A DNA stretch of 64,000 nucleotides from an uncultured Planctomycetales bacterium (GTDB lineage Bacteria > Omnitrophota > Gorgyraeia > Gygaellales > Profunditerraquicolaceae): positions 1,027-65,026 of the forward strand of contig CAYPRG010000003.1 in the NCBI GenBank assembly GCA_964413025.1, read 5' to 3'. Below, in pieces: positions 34,638-44,456 of this stretch (its first letter is position 1; every line of letters starts with the position of its first letter). Both the position numbers and the translations under genes were made by a program. The notes under the pieces are model-generated. The model ran no database searches. It had not been told where the DNA came from and saw only the letters and a list, made by a program, of their open reading frames with translations.

Positions 34638-35932
34638 TTGTTTAAAACGAGGCCTATCGTCTCTTTCCCTTTTATAATACATTCTTCCATATCAAGATAA
34701 GAATGGGTGCCGCTTCTTCCTGTTAAATATACATTCCTGAATTTGTTAAAATAAGCTGAGACTTTATCCTGGCATTCCTTATAATTTACTTGATACAGCG
34801 GATAGACATAAGTAAACCTCTTTATAATCCCATCTAAAACCTTTATCCCTTTGCAAAAATTAAGCCTTTTTAGACCGTCTTCTACCTGCTTCAAAATAAG
34901 CCGGTCTTGCGTATTCCAGATATTATCGTTATAAGAACAGAATATTTCAAGGCATAGCATCATACCATTCCTGCTCTTCGATAAGCCAGGGCTCCAATTC
35001 TTAGGTTCATAAATCCTGGAAAATATAATGTCTTTCTGGGGGATATAACACCAATGCAAAGGAGTTAATTTTTCCTTGTCTATTACCAGGCAAGCCAAAA
35101 TAAGATCTCTATATTTAATATTGCCGGTAACTTCCTTCAAGCAGGCAGGAGCATTTTTTACCAAGAAGATTAATTCTCGTAATGGAATAGTAGAAATTAA
35201 ATTTTTAAATTTAACCCTATAAATATCATCACCGGACTCAAATATCAGCTGGCCATAATCTTCAAAAAGCTCTATTTCCCGTATGTTCGAGCCCTTGAAT
35301 AACTTATTGTTTACATACTGCCCGATCTTCTCGGGCAATTCACCTATTCCATGCCTGGGGTAATAAAAATTAGGCAAATATTCTCTGGTATTTCTTGAAA
35401 ACGCATTTCCGATACGCTTATCTGCCCAGTCGGATGAAAGGTTATTACAGGATATACCCCATACTTTCTCTGTATAATTCTTAAAATATACCTCAAATAA
35501 CGTATCGCCGTAATGCGACCTTATCCAGTCTTCAAAAGAACGGATACTCTTTTTATTTTTTTGTTTTACAAGTTCTGCGGCAATCTTAAATAAATACCGG
35601 TGATCAAGCGAAAAGGAAGACTTAAGGCTGGGAGGATAATCAATAAACCTTGATTCAAAATATATCTTACATTTTGTTTTTTGATAAATTAAATCATTGT
35701 CACTAAGAAACGACTCCAGATAAGCAAGGTTTTCTTTCTTAGTAATACATAACCTGTGGCCACCGATATCAAACTTAAAGGAATCGTAAGATAAGGTCCT
35801 CGCCAAGCCTCCGACTTGATTTTCTTTCTCTATTAAGACTACATCCTTTTTCTCTTTAATCAGCGATTCCCCAACAACTAATCCGCTCAATCCTGCTCCC
35901 AATATTACAAAATCAGTAGTTATCTGTTTCAT
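34634..35932 (-). CDS. FAD/NAD(P)-binding oxidoreductase (amine-oxidase / UDP-galactopyranose-mutase-like fold)
   Basis: N-terminal dinucleotide-binding motif DFVILGAGLSGLVVGESL...VVLIEKENQVGGLART. Confidence 0.65.
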   Translation of the reverse strand: MKQITTDFVILGAGLSGLVVGESLIKEKKDVVLIEKENQVGGLARTLSYDSFKFDIGGHRLCITKKENLAYLESFLSDNDLIYQKTKCKIYFESRFIDYPPSLKSSFSLDHRYLFKIAAELVKQKNKKSIRSFEDWIRSHYGDTLFEVYFKNYTEKVWGISCNNLSSDWADKRIGNAFSRNTREYLPNFYYPRHGIGELPEKIGQYVNNKLFKGSNIREIELFEDYGQLIFESGDDIYRVKFKNLISTIPLRELIFLVKNAPACLKEVTGNIKYRDLILACLVIDKEKLTPLHWCYIPQKDIIFSRIYEPKNWSPGLSKSRNGMMLCLEIFCSYNDNIWNTQDRLILKQVEDGLKRLNFCKGIKVLDGIIKRFTYVYPLYQVNYKECQDKVSAYFNKFRNVYLTGRSGTHSYLDMEECIIKGKETIGLVLNK

Positions 35933-35936
35933 ATTT

Positions 35937-37343
35937 TTAATTAAACCTGACGACAGAGGATATCTCTTTTATTTGCAGAATAGCCTGTTTCCAAGATAAA
36001 AGGCCAAAGACGCGCTTAATAATATACCCCGGCCTCAAATAGAATTTTTTAATCGCCATTTTCCTGAACTTCCAGGTGTCCTCCGCAGTCAGAAGCCCGG
36101 TATTTACGACAGGGAAGGAACAAGAGCTATCAACCTGCAAAGGATAATCAGGAACCCAGCCTTTAACCAAAGATTCTTCTTTAAACGTAGTATTCGGCTG
36201 AGGAGCTATAATATTAAAAGAAGCATAATCGGGATTCAATCTGATAGCAAAATCAATCAGTTCCCTTTGCGATTCTCCATTCTCTCCCGGTAAGCCAAGG
36301 ATGAAATGAGCCAAGGTTTTTAGCCCTATTCTATTTGACAAATAGAAGGCTTTTTCAGTTTGTTCTTTAGAGATTATTTTTTTGTATCTGGCCAATACCC
36401 CCTCATTCGCGCTCTCTACCCCAAACATTACAGTATGGCATCCTGCCTTCTTCATAATAGATAGAAACTCCTCATCAACGGTATCCACCCTTGTTTCACA
36501 GCTCCAATTAAAATTTAATTTTTCTTTCACCATCCAGTCACAAAGAGCATAGGAATGCGCCCTGTCTGCTCCAAAGGTCTGGTCTTTAATCCAGAGTTCC
36601 TTTATCCCCAAACCCTTTATATAAATCAATTCTTCATATATATTTTCCAGTTTCCTTTTTTTAAAATTTATCCTTTCAAACGGGCAAAAACAACAACTAT
36701 ATGGACAGCCAAAAGCAGTGATCACGCTAACAAAAGGGAGATTTTTAAGATGAGGCAAAGTGTAGCAGCTTAGCGGGAAAAGTTCATGCCTTGGTATGGG
36801 TATTTCAAATTCATTATGATCCTCTCCGGAGCCTTCTTTTAAGCCCGTTACCACGCTGCCAGCTTTAAACACGATACTGCTAAAGGCTCTGTCATTTTTA
36901 TTATCTAAAAAATCCAGGACTTCTCTCCGGGTGAAATCTAAAATTATAGCATCCAAGAAAGGGTAATCTGATAATAACCTTTCCGGTTGCTCTAAAAAAA
37001 TGTCGCCGCTTCCGATAATCAGGAAATCACCTTGTTTTTTCAAATACTCCATAAAAGCAAAATCCTCTTTCCAGGATACTGCGCCGCTTAAGAATATGAT
37101 TGCCTGGAAATCATTGTTAATGATATAATCAATCGTCTTCTCCTCGTCCCAATTTACGGCAATCGCATCAACGACTTTAACTTTGAACTTCTCTGAAACA
37201 ATACCGCTTAAAACAACTAAATCATAAGGATGCCAGTAATATCTTCCTTTTGAAATATGGCTGCAATAATAATCCCTTAAATAACGCTTCCTTCCGGGAG
37301 GATTCAAAAGCAAAACATTTCTTATCATTTCATTTGGCATCAT
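35937..37343 (-). CDS. Cobalamin-binding (class B) radical SAM enzyme
   Basis: The N-terminal alpha/beta domain is followed by TAFGCPYSCCFCPF. Confidence 0.85.
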   Translation of the reverse strand: MMPNEMIRNVLLLNPPGRKRYLRDYYCSHISKGRYYWHPYDLVVLSGIVSEKFKVKVVDAIAVNWDEEKTIDYIINNDFQAIIFLSGAVSWKEDFAFMEYLKKQGDFLIIGSGDIFLEQPERLLSDYPFLDAIILDFTRREVLDFLDNKNDRAFSSIVFKAGSVVTGLKEGSGEDHNEFEIPIPRHELFPLSCYTLPHLKNLPFVSVITAFGCPYSCCFCPFERINFKKRKLENIYEELIYIKGLGIKELWIKDQTFGADRAHSYALCDWMVKEKLNFNWSCETRVDTVDEEFLSIMKKAGCHTVMFGVESANEGVLARYKKIISKEQTEKAFYLSNRIGLKTLAHFILGLPGENGESQRELIDFAIRLNPDYASFNIIAPQPNTTFKEESLVKGWVPDYPLQVDSSCSFPVVNTGLLTAEDTWKFRKMAIKKFYLRPGYIIKRVFGLLSWKQAILQIKEISSVVRFN

Positions 37344-38169
37344 TTATCTGCTGCTCAATAAATGTAGCTAATTTTATAAATTTAAAATCAGAGAGTAAAA
37401 ATTTTAGCTTATTTGTCAATGACCTTGTATTCGCATAACTAATAAACCTGTTTTTAAAAGGGACTGTTGGCTGGACCGCATCACAATCTAATTCCCATGG
37501 ATGAAGATAAACCATCGCTGGAACCCCATTTTTATTCATGTCTTCAATGACGCTCTTTGTAAAAAAATACGGATATAGCCTTAGGAAAAATCCGCCGCCA
37601 AAAGAAATATTTTTGCCTAATAATTTAATGGTTGTCTGCGGAAACTCTATCAGGCTGTCTTTCTTTAATAATAAAAATCCTTTTCTCAACGTACAATCAT
37701 AGTATTTGGTCAAATCAAAAATTGCAGGCGAAATACTGGAATCGTAAGAGAGGCCGCTTTCTTTTATTATTTCAAGAGCCCAGAGGGACTTTTCAGTAAT
37801 TGACCATGTCGGCACCCGGCACCCTCTAATTTTTTCCCCAGTAATATCTTCAAGTAAACTTATAGACCTTTGCAGATCCAATCTGAATTCATTGGGGGAT
37901 TGAGAAAAAACTAAATTATGCCCATAACCATGAGTAGCAATTTCATGCCCGCCCTTATATATCTCTTTCACTAAACCAGGGACCTGCTCTGCGACCTCTC
38001 CTAGTATGAAAAAAGTAGCTTTTGTATTGAATTTAGAAAGCAGCTCTAAAATCCTGTTAGTATTGTTGACGATTCTGTGGTATTTACGTAAATCTTCGGT
38101 TATATAAGGCTTAATCAGTGTAGGGTGGAACCATTCCTCAATATCGATTGTAAGGAAATTTGTAATCAT
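37330..38169 (-). CDS. Polysaccharide deacetylase, CE4 / NodB family (LTIDIEEWFH-type, as seen in exopolysaccharide loci)
   Basis: Motifs present are FLTIDIEEWFH, KATFFILGEVAEQ and GHEIATHGYGH. Confidence 0.8.
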   Translation of the reverse strand: MITNFLTIDIEEWFHPTLIKPYITEDLRKYHRIVNNTNRILELLSKFNTKATFFILGEVAEQVPGLVKEIYKGGHEIATHGYGHNLVFSQSPNEFRLDLQRSISLLEDITGEKIRGCRVPTWSITEKSLWALEIIKESGLSYDSSISPAIFDLTKYYDCTLRKGFLLLKKDSLIEFPQTTIKLLGKNISFGGGFFLRLYPYFFTKSVIEDMNKNGVPAMVYLHPWELDCDAVQPTVPFKNRFISYANTRSLTNKLKFLLSDFKFIKLATFIEQQINDAK

Positions 38170-38171
38170 AG

Positions 38172-39980
38172 TTATATAAATTTAAAGACTAAGTAATCTC
38201 CGCTGGTAACTAAAACTTCGATATTATTAGCGGAATTTCTTACCTGACCGGAATCCTTATTATTTATCAAAAATAATTTTCCCTTAGCATCTTCTATCCC
38301 GCTAAATAGATCTCCGGTAATACTATTCTGCCTTTTAATAAAGCACAATTTCATATCTTTAATGTTATTTAGATAGAAATAATCGCTCCACTTATCAAAA
38401 ATCATCTCTGCATACGAATAAGTAGGAAATTCCGCAAAGACAACCCCGTATTGCATCCTGTATAGGCTGTCTTCGTATACCACTAAGGTATAGTTCTTAT
38501 ACTGCCCATTTAAATAATTAACCACTGTATTCATATCTGATTTATAGGTAGAATGTTTTGCTAAATTAAAAATATTAATAAAAGATATAAGCAGTAAATA
38601 CCCTATCAAAATGCCCAGCATTAACTTTTGCCAGCATAAATATTTGTTTATTTTATTTTTGAAAGCGAATGCCAGCGTTAAAACTACTATGGTAATTAAT
38701 AACGGCCAGTTGACTGAAAGATTGAACCTATATGCTTGTTGCTGGTTAAAAAACTCTAAAAACGGAATCCCCGTAAACCTTTCGACAGTATACTGTATTG
38801 GTGATAAAAAAACGAATGCAACTAAAAGTAACATACTAATAATCTTAGAAAGTTTATCTGGTGCGCTAAACAAACCTATCAAAAAAACAGAATTTATGAT
38901 TGCCAGCGGTATTAATACCGGAGTAAGCCACCAGAAAGATTTATTAGCAAACAACCCTTGAATTAAAAGGGGGGCAAAAACCCATAATAGTATAAATAGT
39001 TCATTTGCCCTAATCTTCTTGCTTGCAATAATACCGCGGCCTAAAGATACCAATGCGAATGGGCATAATATTATCCAAGGGAAGAATCCGAACTTCATGG
39101 TTTTAAGAAAATATATAAACTGGTTGGTACCCGGGGCATTTATATTCAACCTGTTAATAGTATCTTCCCCAAAAAAAGACACAAAGAAAGCATGATGATG
39201 CTGCAAGAACGAAGGAACAGCGAAAAAAATCAATTCCGATAGATATATCTTTATGAAATTCTGGCCAGTAAGCAGAAAAACAATGACAAACCACGCTGAA
39301 GCCATGAAAAACCCGATAAGCAGCATTCTTAGCAAATCGTTTGAGGTAACCAGAGCCTCCCCTTTGTTGAATACCCTATTTATAATTAAAAATAGTACTA
39401 TAATTAAAATATAAAGAAAAGTTAGCGGCCCTTTCGCAAGAAATGCCAGCCCCAGGCTAACTGAGGCAAAATAGACGTACTTCTTTTTCTCTCTCGCTAG
39501 CCAGAATAACCAAAAAAATAGGATTATAAAAAAAATAAAAGCAGAATCCTCTTCTCCGGACCTCGCTCCCCGCTCAAACACAAACTGTGATGAGGTCGAC
39601 AAAATAAGCGAGGATAACAAAGCTATCTTCTTACTCCCATAAAGGCGCAATGCCAAAAAATATGTGATTAATATTGCCCCGATCCCAAAAATTGCAGGGA
39701 AGAACCTTACCGCAAACTCATTGATCCCGAATATCTGATAACTGAAAGCAGTTAACCAGAATTGCAAAGGGGGCTTATGGAAATAAGGAATATTTCTTAT
39801 ATGCGGTATCAGCCAATCCCCGGTGTTAATAATCTCTTTGGAGATTTGGGCATGCAGGCCCTCATCAAGGTCTCTAAGGCTATTCCCTCCCAAATTCCAG
39901 AATATTATTACAGACGAGATCAATACCAGGAAAACAATATGAAACCTTCGTTCTTTTACTGACTCAAGCACCTTAATCAT
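38172..39980 (-). CDS. ArnT/PMT_2-like (GT39/GT83-type) polyprenyl-phosphate-sugar-dependent membrane glycosyltransferase
   Basis: LRDLDEGLHAQISKEIINTGDWLIPHIRNIPYFHKPPLQFWLTA closely follows the ArnT N-terminal loop pattern (DE...EM..sGDW..P....yf.KPPl.yW). There are about 12 TM segments and a soluble C-terminus. Confidence 0.75.
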   Translation of the reverse strand: MIKVLESVKERRFHIVFLVLISSVIIFWNLGGNSLRDLDEGLHAQISKEIINTGDWLIPHIRNIPYFHKPPLQFWLTAFSYQIFGINEFAVRFFPAIFGIGAILITYFLALRLYGSKKIALLSSLILSTSSQFVFERGARSGEEDSAFIFFIILFFWLFWLAREKKKYVYFASVSLGLAFLAKGPLTFLYILIIVLFLIINRVFNKGEALVTSNDLLRMLLIGFFMASAWFVIVFLLTGQNFIKIYLSELIFFAVPSFLQHHHAFFVSFFGEDTINRLNINAPGTNQFIYFLKTMKFGFFPWIILCPFALVSLGRGIIASKKIRANELFILLWVFAPLLIQGLFANKSFWWLTPVLIPLAIINSVFLIGLFSAPDKLSKIISMLLLVAFVFLSPIQYTVERFTGIPFLEFFNQQQAYRFNLSVNWPLLITIVVLTLAFAFKNKINKYLCWQKLMLGILIGYLLLISFINIFNLAKHSTYKSDMNTVVNYLNGQYKNYTLVVYEDSLYRMQYGVVFAEFPTYSYAEMIFDKWSDYFYLNNIKDMKLCFIKRQNSITGDLFSGIEDAKGKLFLINNKDSGQVRNSANNIEVLVTSGDYLVFKFI

Positions 39981-39997
39981 ATGTTTTTACTCTAACC

Positions 39998-41401
39998 CTA
40001 AAAGATGCGCTTAGACCTTATTTTATCAATGATGAGATACGCTACTCCCTTTACCATATTGGCCGCGTCTTGCAAATTTCTTATCTTCATAATCCTCATC
40101 AAAACATAACTAAAGCGGCAATAGAAAGCCTTGTTCAGCCTATTAAGATACCCGGAATACCTAGTACGGGATATGTCACTACTTCCTTCCTGAAAATAAA
40201 AACCTACTAATCCATCGTAATCCAGTTTATTCTCCAAAAGATACTGATTAGCCAGAGGAGAACCGGGAATCAAGAAAAACTCATTATATAGAACGAAATC
40301 CGGCTTAATCATATGCACCAGGCCCTTTGTCGCTTCAATAGCGCTATCATCCTCTCCCGGATAGCCTATTATCGCATAAGCTAACGATCTTATCCCCGCC
40401 TTATGAGTCCATTCGAAAGCATCAAGTGTATTCTTTGTAGTAATTTGTTTGTTCAGCAGCCCTAAAATATCTTGCCTTCCTGACTCTACCCCGTAAGAAA
40501 CCATATAACACCCGCTCTGCGACATCAGCCTTAATAAATCCTGGGAGACAAGGTCCACCCGGGTTTTGCAGGACCAGTGGATATTAATTTTATCTTCAAT
40601 CATTTGGTTGCATAATTTTTTAATCCTATCGGGATTGTAGGTAAAATTAGGGTCAACAAAATGGATCTCTTTTATCCGGTAGTTACTTACTAACCCTTTT
40701 ATTTCTGAGATAATATTGGAAACCGACCTTTCCCTAACCGGCGCCGGAAGACTGCAAAAACTGCACTTATATGCGCAACCACGGCTTGTTTCCATAATTG
40801 TCAAAGGCGGATAAGCGCCAAAAGGAGGATGCATTTTATAACGATTATTCGGTAATAAATACCTTGCCGGAGCCGGCAATTTATCCAAATCTATAAATAG
40901 CGCGGCCTCGGTTTTAATAACTTTTCCATTACTTTTGTAAGATATTCCTTTAACCCCGGCAATTTTTCCTGGCTCGTTATTCTTATTATCAAAAAATTTG
41001 CATAACTCAAGCATAACCTGTTCGCCTTCGCCGTGAACGATAATATCTAAATTATCGCAAAGCTTAAAAATCGTCTCCGGAGGCAAGCTAGTACAGCGCC
41101 CGCCTAAAATAATTTTGGATTTCTTATCCCTGGCTTTAATAAAATTTGCAATTTTAACAGCATACTTTATGTTAAAAATATTACAAGTTAAGCCATAAAT
41201 AGGAAAATTCTTAGTATCTAAGTAGCGCTCAAGCTGCGGAATTCCTGCTTTTAATGCCGGCATATCATAGATCTCAACGCCATACCCCTCTTTTTCCAAA
41301 ACAGCGGCAATATAAGCTAATCCTAACGGCGGCATAGGATAAACACCGCTAGTGTTATATCTTACCCTGACTGTTGGTGGTGCTATTAAACAAATATCCA
41401 C
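39998..41401 (-). CDS. Cobalamin-binding (class B) radical SAM enzyme
   Basis: PPLGLAYIAAVLEKEG is followed by TSRGCAYKCSFCSL. Confidence 0.85.
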   Translation of the reverse strand: MDICLIAPPTVRVRYNTSGVYPMPPLGLAYIAAVLEKEGYGVEIYDMPALKAGIPQLERYLDTKNFPIYGLTCNIFNIKYAVKIANFIKARDKKSKIILGGRCTSLPPETIFKLCDNLDIIVHGEGEQVMLELCKFFDNKNNEPGKIAGVKGISYKSNGKVIKTEAALFIDLDKLPAPARYLLPNNRYKMHPPFGAYPPLTIMETSRGCAYKCSFCSLPAPVRERSVSNIISEIKGLVSNYRIKEIHFVDPNFTYNPDRIKKLCNQMIEDKINIHWSCKTRVDLVSQDLLRLMSQSGCYMVSYGVESGRQDILGLLNKQITTKNTLDAFEWTHKAGIRSLAYAIIGYPGEDDSAIEATKGLVHMIKPDFVLYNEFFLIPGSPLANQYLLENKLDYDGLVGFYFQEGSSDISRTRYSGYLNRLNKAFYCRFSYVLMRIMKIRNLQDAANMVKGVAYLIIDKIRSKRIF

Positions 41402-41409
41402 GATAAACC

Positions 41410-42849
41410 CTATCTGCCGTTAAGGCTTTTAAATTGCTGTTTGACCAACAACCATCCTCCAACGCATAAATCCCTGAAGGGAGTTAATTTTATGTGCCTG
41501 ACAATAGAGCGCGGCCTGAAATAAAATTGAAACATCGCTTTCCTTTGCAGGCCCACCAACTCTCTGGCGTCCATCGTATCCGATACATAAATCATATCAT
41601 TATAATTAACCTGAGGCGACCAATCTAACCAGCTCATGAATCTCTCCGAATTCTCCAAATCAAATTCCGTTTTGCACTTATCAAACAAAGCCGTGCCTGG
41701 ATAAGGAACGACAATATTAAATTTTGCTATTGTGCAATCAAGTTTTTTTGAAAACCTTATTGTTTCTTCGCAATCCTCTTTAGTCTCTCCGGGAGCGCCG
41801 AGCATAAATAGCCCAAGAGTATAGAGCCCTGCCTTTTTAGTGAACTCCATAGCTTGTAATGATTGCTCAAGAGTAGAATCCTTTTTTAGAGTGTCCAGGA
41901 TTTTTTGTGTGCCTACTTCAAATCCGTACATTATCAAATAAGCCCCCGCCCTCTTCATCTTCTTTAAAAGCTCTAGATTAACCTTGTCTACCCTGCTTTC
42001 CGCGATCCATTTTATCTTTTTTTCCAATCCCCGGGAAAAAATCTCATCGCAAAATTCCAGGCCCTGCTGGATAGAAAAAGGGAAAAAAGGGTCATTAAAA
42101 GCGAAACAGCTTATACCATAACTATTATGCATGTATTCGATTTCATCAACGATATCTTTTGTTTTCCTGTATCTTATCTTTTTATGGATCTTTTCCTGGG
42201 CGCAAAAAACGCATTGGTAAGGGCATCCTCGGGAGGCCAATATAGGCAGGAATTTTGTCCTATTCAAGCCTACCAACGGGCAATAATCGTATTTTGCCAG
42301 GTCTAATAAATGCCATGCCGGATATGGTAAGGTATCTAAATCTTTTACCGGTTCCCTATCAGGATTGTGATACACCTTGTTACCCTTGATAAAACTAACC
42401 CCCTTGACTTCTTCAAGATTACGCCCCTCCCTGAAAGCAACCATTAATTCCAGCATGCTGTATTCGCCTTCACCCCGGACAACCGCATCCACAAGGCCGC
42501 TTTCAAGAAGGTCCTTAGAAAAAAGCGTGGGATGGATATTTCCTAAAACAATCCTTGTTTCCGGCTTAAGCGCTTTTATCTTCTCTATTATAAAAAGCGT
42601 ATTCTTGATAGTCGGTGTCAGGCACGAAAAAGCTACGACATCCGGCCTGTGAAGGATAACAGCCTTTACAAGCGCGTCATTATCCATTTTTTCAGCAAAC
42701 TGATCTATTATAACCACCTCAATCCCGCCCTTCTCTAATACGCTGGCAATATAAGCAAGCCCTAACGGCGGGATCGGCTTTAAGAAGTTGCGAATCTTTT
42801 CGCTTTTTTCTATCAACATTGAAACTGGGTTGATCAATATGACTTTCAT
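41410..42849 (-). CDS. Cobalamin-binding (class B) radical SAM enzyme
   Basis: PPLGLAYIASVLEKGG and LGNIHPTLFSKDLL are followed by ASRGCPYQCVFCAQ. Confidence 0.85.
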   Translation of the reverse strand: MKVILINPVSMLIEKSEKIRNFLKPIPPLGLAYIASVLEKGGIEVVIIDQFAEKMDNDALVKAVILHRPDVVAFSCLTPTIKNTLFIIEKIKALKPETRIVLGNIHPTLFSKDLLESGLVDAVVRGEGEYSMLELMVAFREGRNLEEVKGVSFIKGNKVYHNPDREPVKDLDTLPYPAWHLLDLAKYDYCPLVGLNRTKFLPILASRGCPYQCVFCAQEKIHKKIRYRKTKDIVDEIEYMHNSYGISCFAFNDPFFPFSIQQGLEFCDEIFSRGLEKKIKWIAESRVDKVNLELLKKMKRAGAYLIMYGFEVGTQKILDTLKKDSTLEQSLQAMEFTKKAGLYTLGLFMLGAPGETKEDCEETIRFSKKLDCTIAKFNIVVPYPGTALFDKCKTEFDLENSERFMSWLDWSPQVNYNDMIYVSDTMDARELVGLQRKAMFQFYFRPRSIVRHIKLTPFRDLCVGGWLLVKQQFKSLNGR

Positions 42850-42890
42850 GTATTCCTATTCTCCGGTTGTTTATTGAACAAATTCAGCAA

Positions 42891-44441
42891 CTAATTATCG
42901 TACCAGCAAGGCTTAGTCAGATAAAGCACTCTCTTTAAGCCCTTCGGCCCTTTCTTATTGATAAGTATTTCTTTTATATCCTGCAGGAACCCTTTCGCGA
43001 AGATACTCATAAACCACCAGTATAATTTCCGGCGGTAACGAAACCTTGAGAATAGCCCCTGCAAAGCTACCGGCCAACGGCGCAGGATAAACTTTAAACT
43101 TGCCGCCTTAGTCAATCGGGTAATCTCGTCAAGCGATAGATGTTCAGTGGCCATTACCGGCTGCAGCCAGTCATAACACCTGAAATCCTTTACGCTAAGC
43201 CATCCTTTTTGAACAGCCTCCTGGTATAATTTCGTCCCCGGCACAGGAGTTATAGGATGAAACATCATAAACTCTACCCCGATATCTAAAGCATAATCAA
43301 CCAGGCTTAATAAAGAGGCCTTATCTTCTTTTCTGACTCCGGTCAGGAAAGTGCCCTGCCTATGCACGCCGGGATACTTTTGTTTTAAGATTCTGAATAC
43401 TTCCCTGCAGACTTCTTTCTGATAACATTTATGTAAATCCTTAAAATCCGCATCATGCTCGCGCTCAACGCCGATAAAAGCGTTGATTAATCCGGCTTTT
43501 ACCATTTTTTCAAAAATGCCCAGGCGCTCGTCCCTTAATATAAAATCAGCGCGTAAAAATGCCCACCAGTATAGATCCTTGTATTTTCTCTTTAAGAGCT
43601 TTTCGCAAAATTCATCACTCCATTTGGGATCAGTGTTAAAAGTCGGGTCTGCCCATAACAGATAGCGCCGGTTATACTTGTTGTAGAGCAGGTCTATCTC
43701 CTCAAGCGTCCTGTCAACGCTTTTACTCCTGTATTTTGGTTGGACTTCCAACTCTCCTCTTTCCGCGTCTGTTTTTATGTGTTTGCCCCAGAAGGTCCAG
43801 AGAGAACAAAAACTGCAACTGTCTACGCATCCCCGGCTATGTTCTATAGTAGCTCCCTGCGGCCAAAAATATCCCGAAGGCGAATAGCTTTTCATGGGCA
43901 TAAGATCATACGCCGGCAAAGGAAGTTCATCCAGATTATTGATTAAAGGCCTTAGAGGATTATTAATGACGCGATCGCCTTTCTTGTAGGATATCCCACG
44001 CACCTCGCTGATATCCTTACCGCCCTGTATTGCCTCAAGTAATTCCACAAAAGTATATTCTCCTTCAAATCTGACAATATAATCAATGGGGTATTTAGTC
44101 AGAGATTCTTCCGGGGTCCAGGAGAAAAAATGCCCTCCGGCAATGGTAACGACCATAGGGTTTATGTCCTTTGCCAGCTTAAACAGCCTGACTGCCTCAT
44201 GATGATAAAGAGCTTCCTCGCCGGCTCCTATTACGTCGGGCTTTTCCTGCCGAAGCATGCCCTCCAGAGTCTTCCATCCAATCTTAAGCGGAGGACAATC
44301 TATGATTTTTATCTCTACCTGCGGCAACTTCTCTCTTATTGTTGAAGCAAGGCATGGCAGACCTAAAGGCAACATGTAATTATCCGACTCATTCACCACC
44401 GGCCACAAGTACCGCGGAGGTCGAACCAATATTATTTTCAT
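42891..44441 (-). CDS. Cobalamin-binding (class B) radical SAM enzyme
   Basis: MLPLGLPCLAST and AGGHFFSWTPEE are followed by HSRGCVDSCSFCSLW. Confidence 0.8.
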   Translation of the reverse strand: MKIILVRPPRYLWPVVNESDNYMLPLGLPCLASTIREKLPQVEIKIIDCPPLKIGWKTLEGMLRQEKPDVIGAGEEALYHHEAVRLFKLAKDINPMVVTIAGGHFFSWTPEESLTKYPIDYIVRFEGEYTFVELLEAIQGGKDISEVRGISYKKGDRVINNPLRPLINNLDELPLPAYDLMPMKSYSPSGYFWPQGATIEHSRGCVDSCSFCSLWTFWGKHIKTDAERGELEVQPKYRSKSVDRTLEEIDLLYNKYNRRYLLWADPTFNTDPKWSDEFCEKLLKRKYKDLYWWAFLRADFILRDERLGIFEKMVKAGLINAFIGVEREHDADFKDLHKCYQKEVCREVFRILKQKYPGVHRQGTFLTGVRKEDKASLLSLVDYALDIGVEFMMFHPITPVPGTKLYQEAVQKGWLSVKDFRCYDWLQPVMATEHLSLDEITRLTKAASLKFILRRWPVALQGLFSRFRYRRKLYWWFMSIFAKGFLQDIKEILINKKGPKGLKRVLYLTKPCWYDN

Positions 44442-44456
44442 ATCACACCTCTCTGT

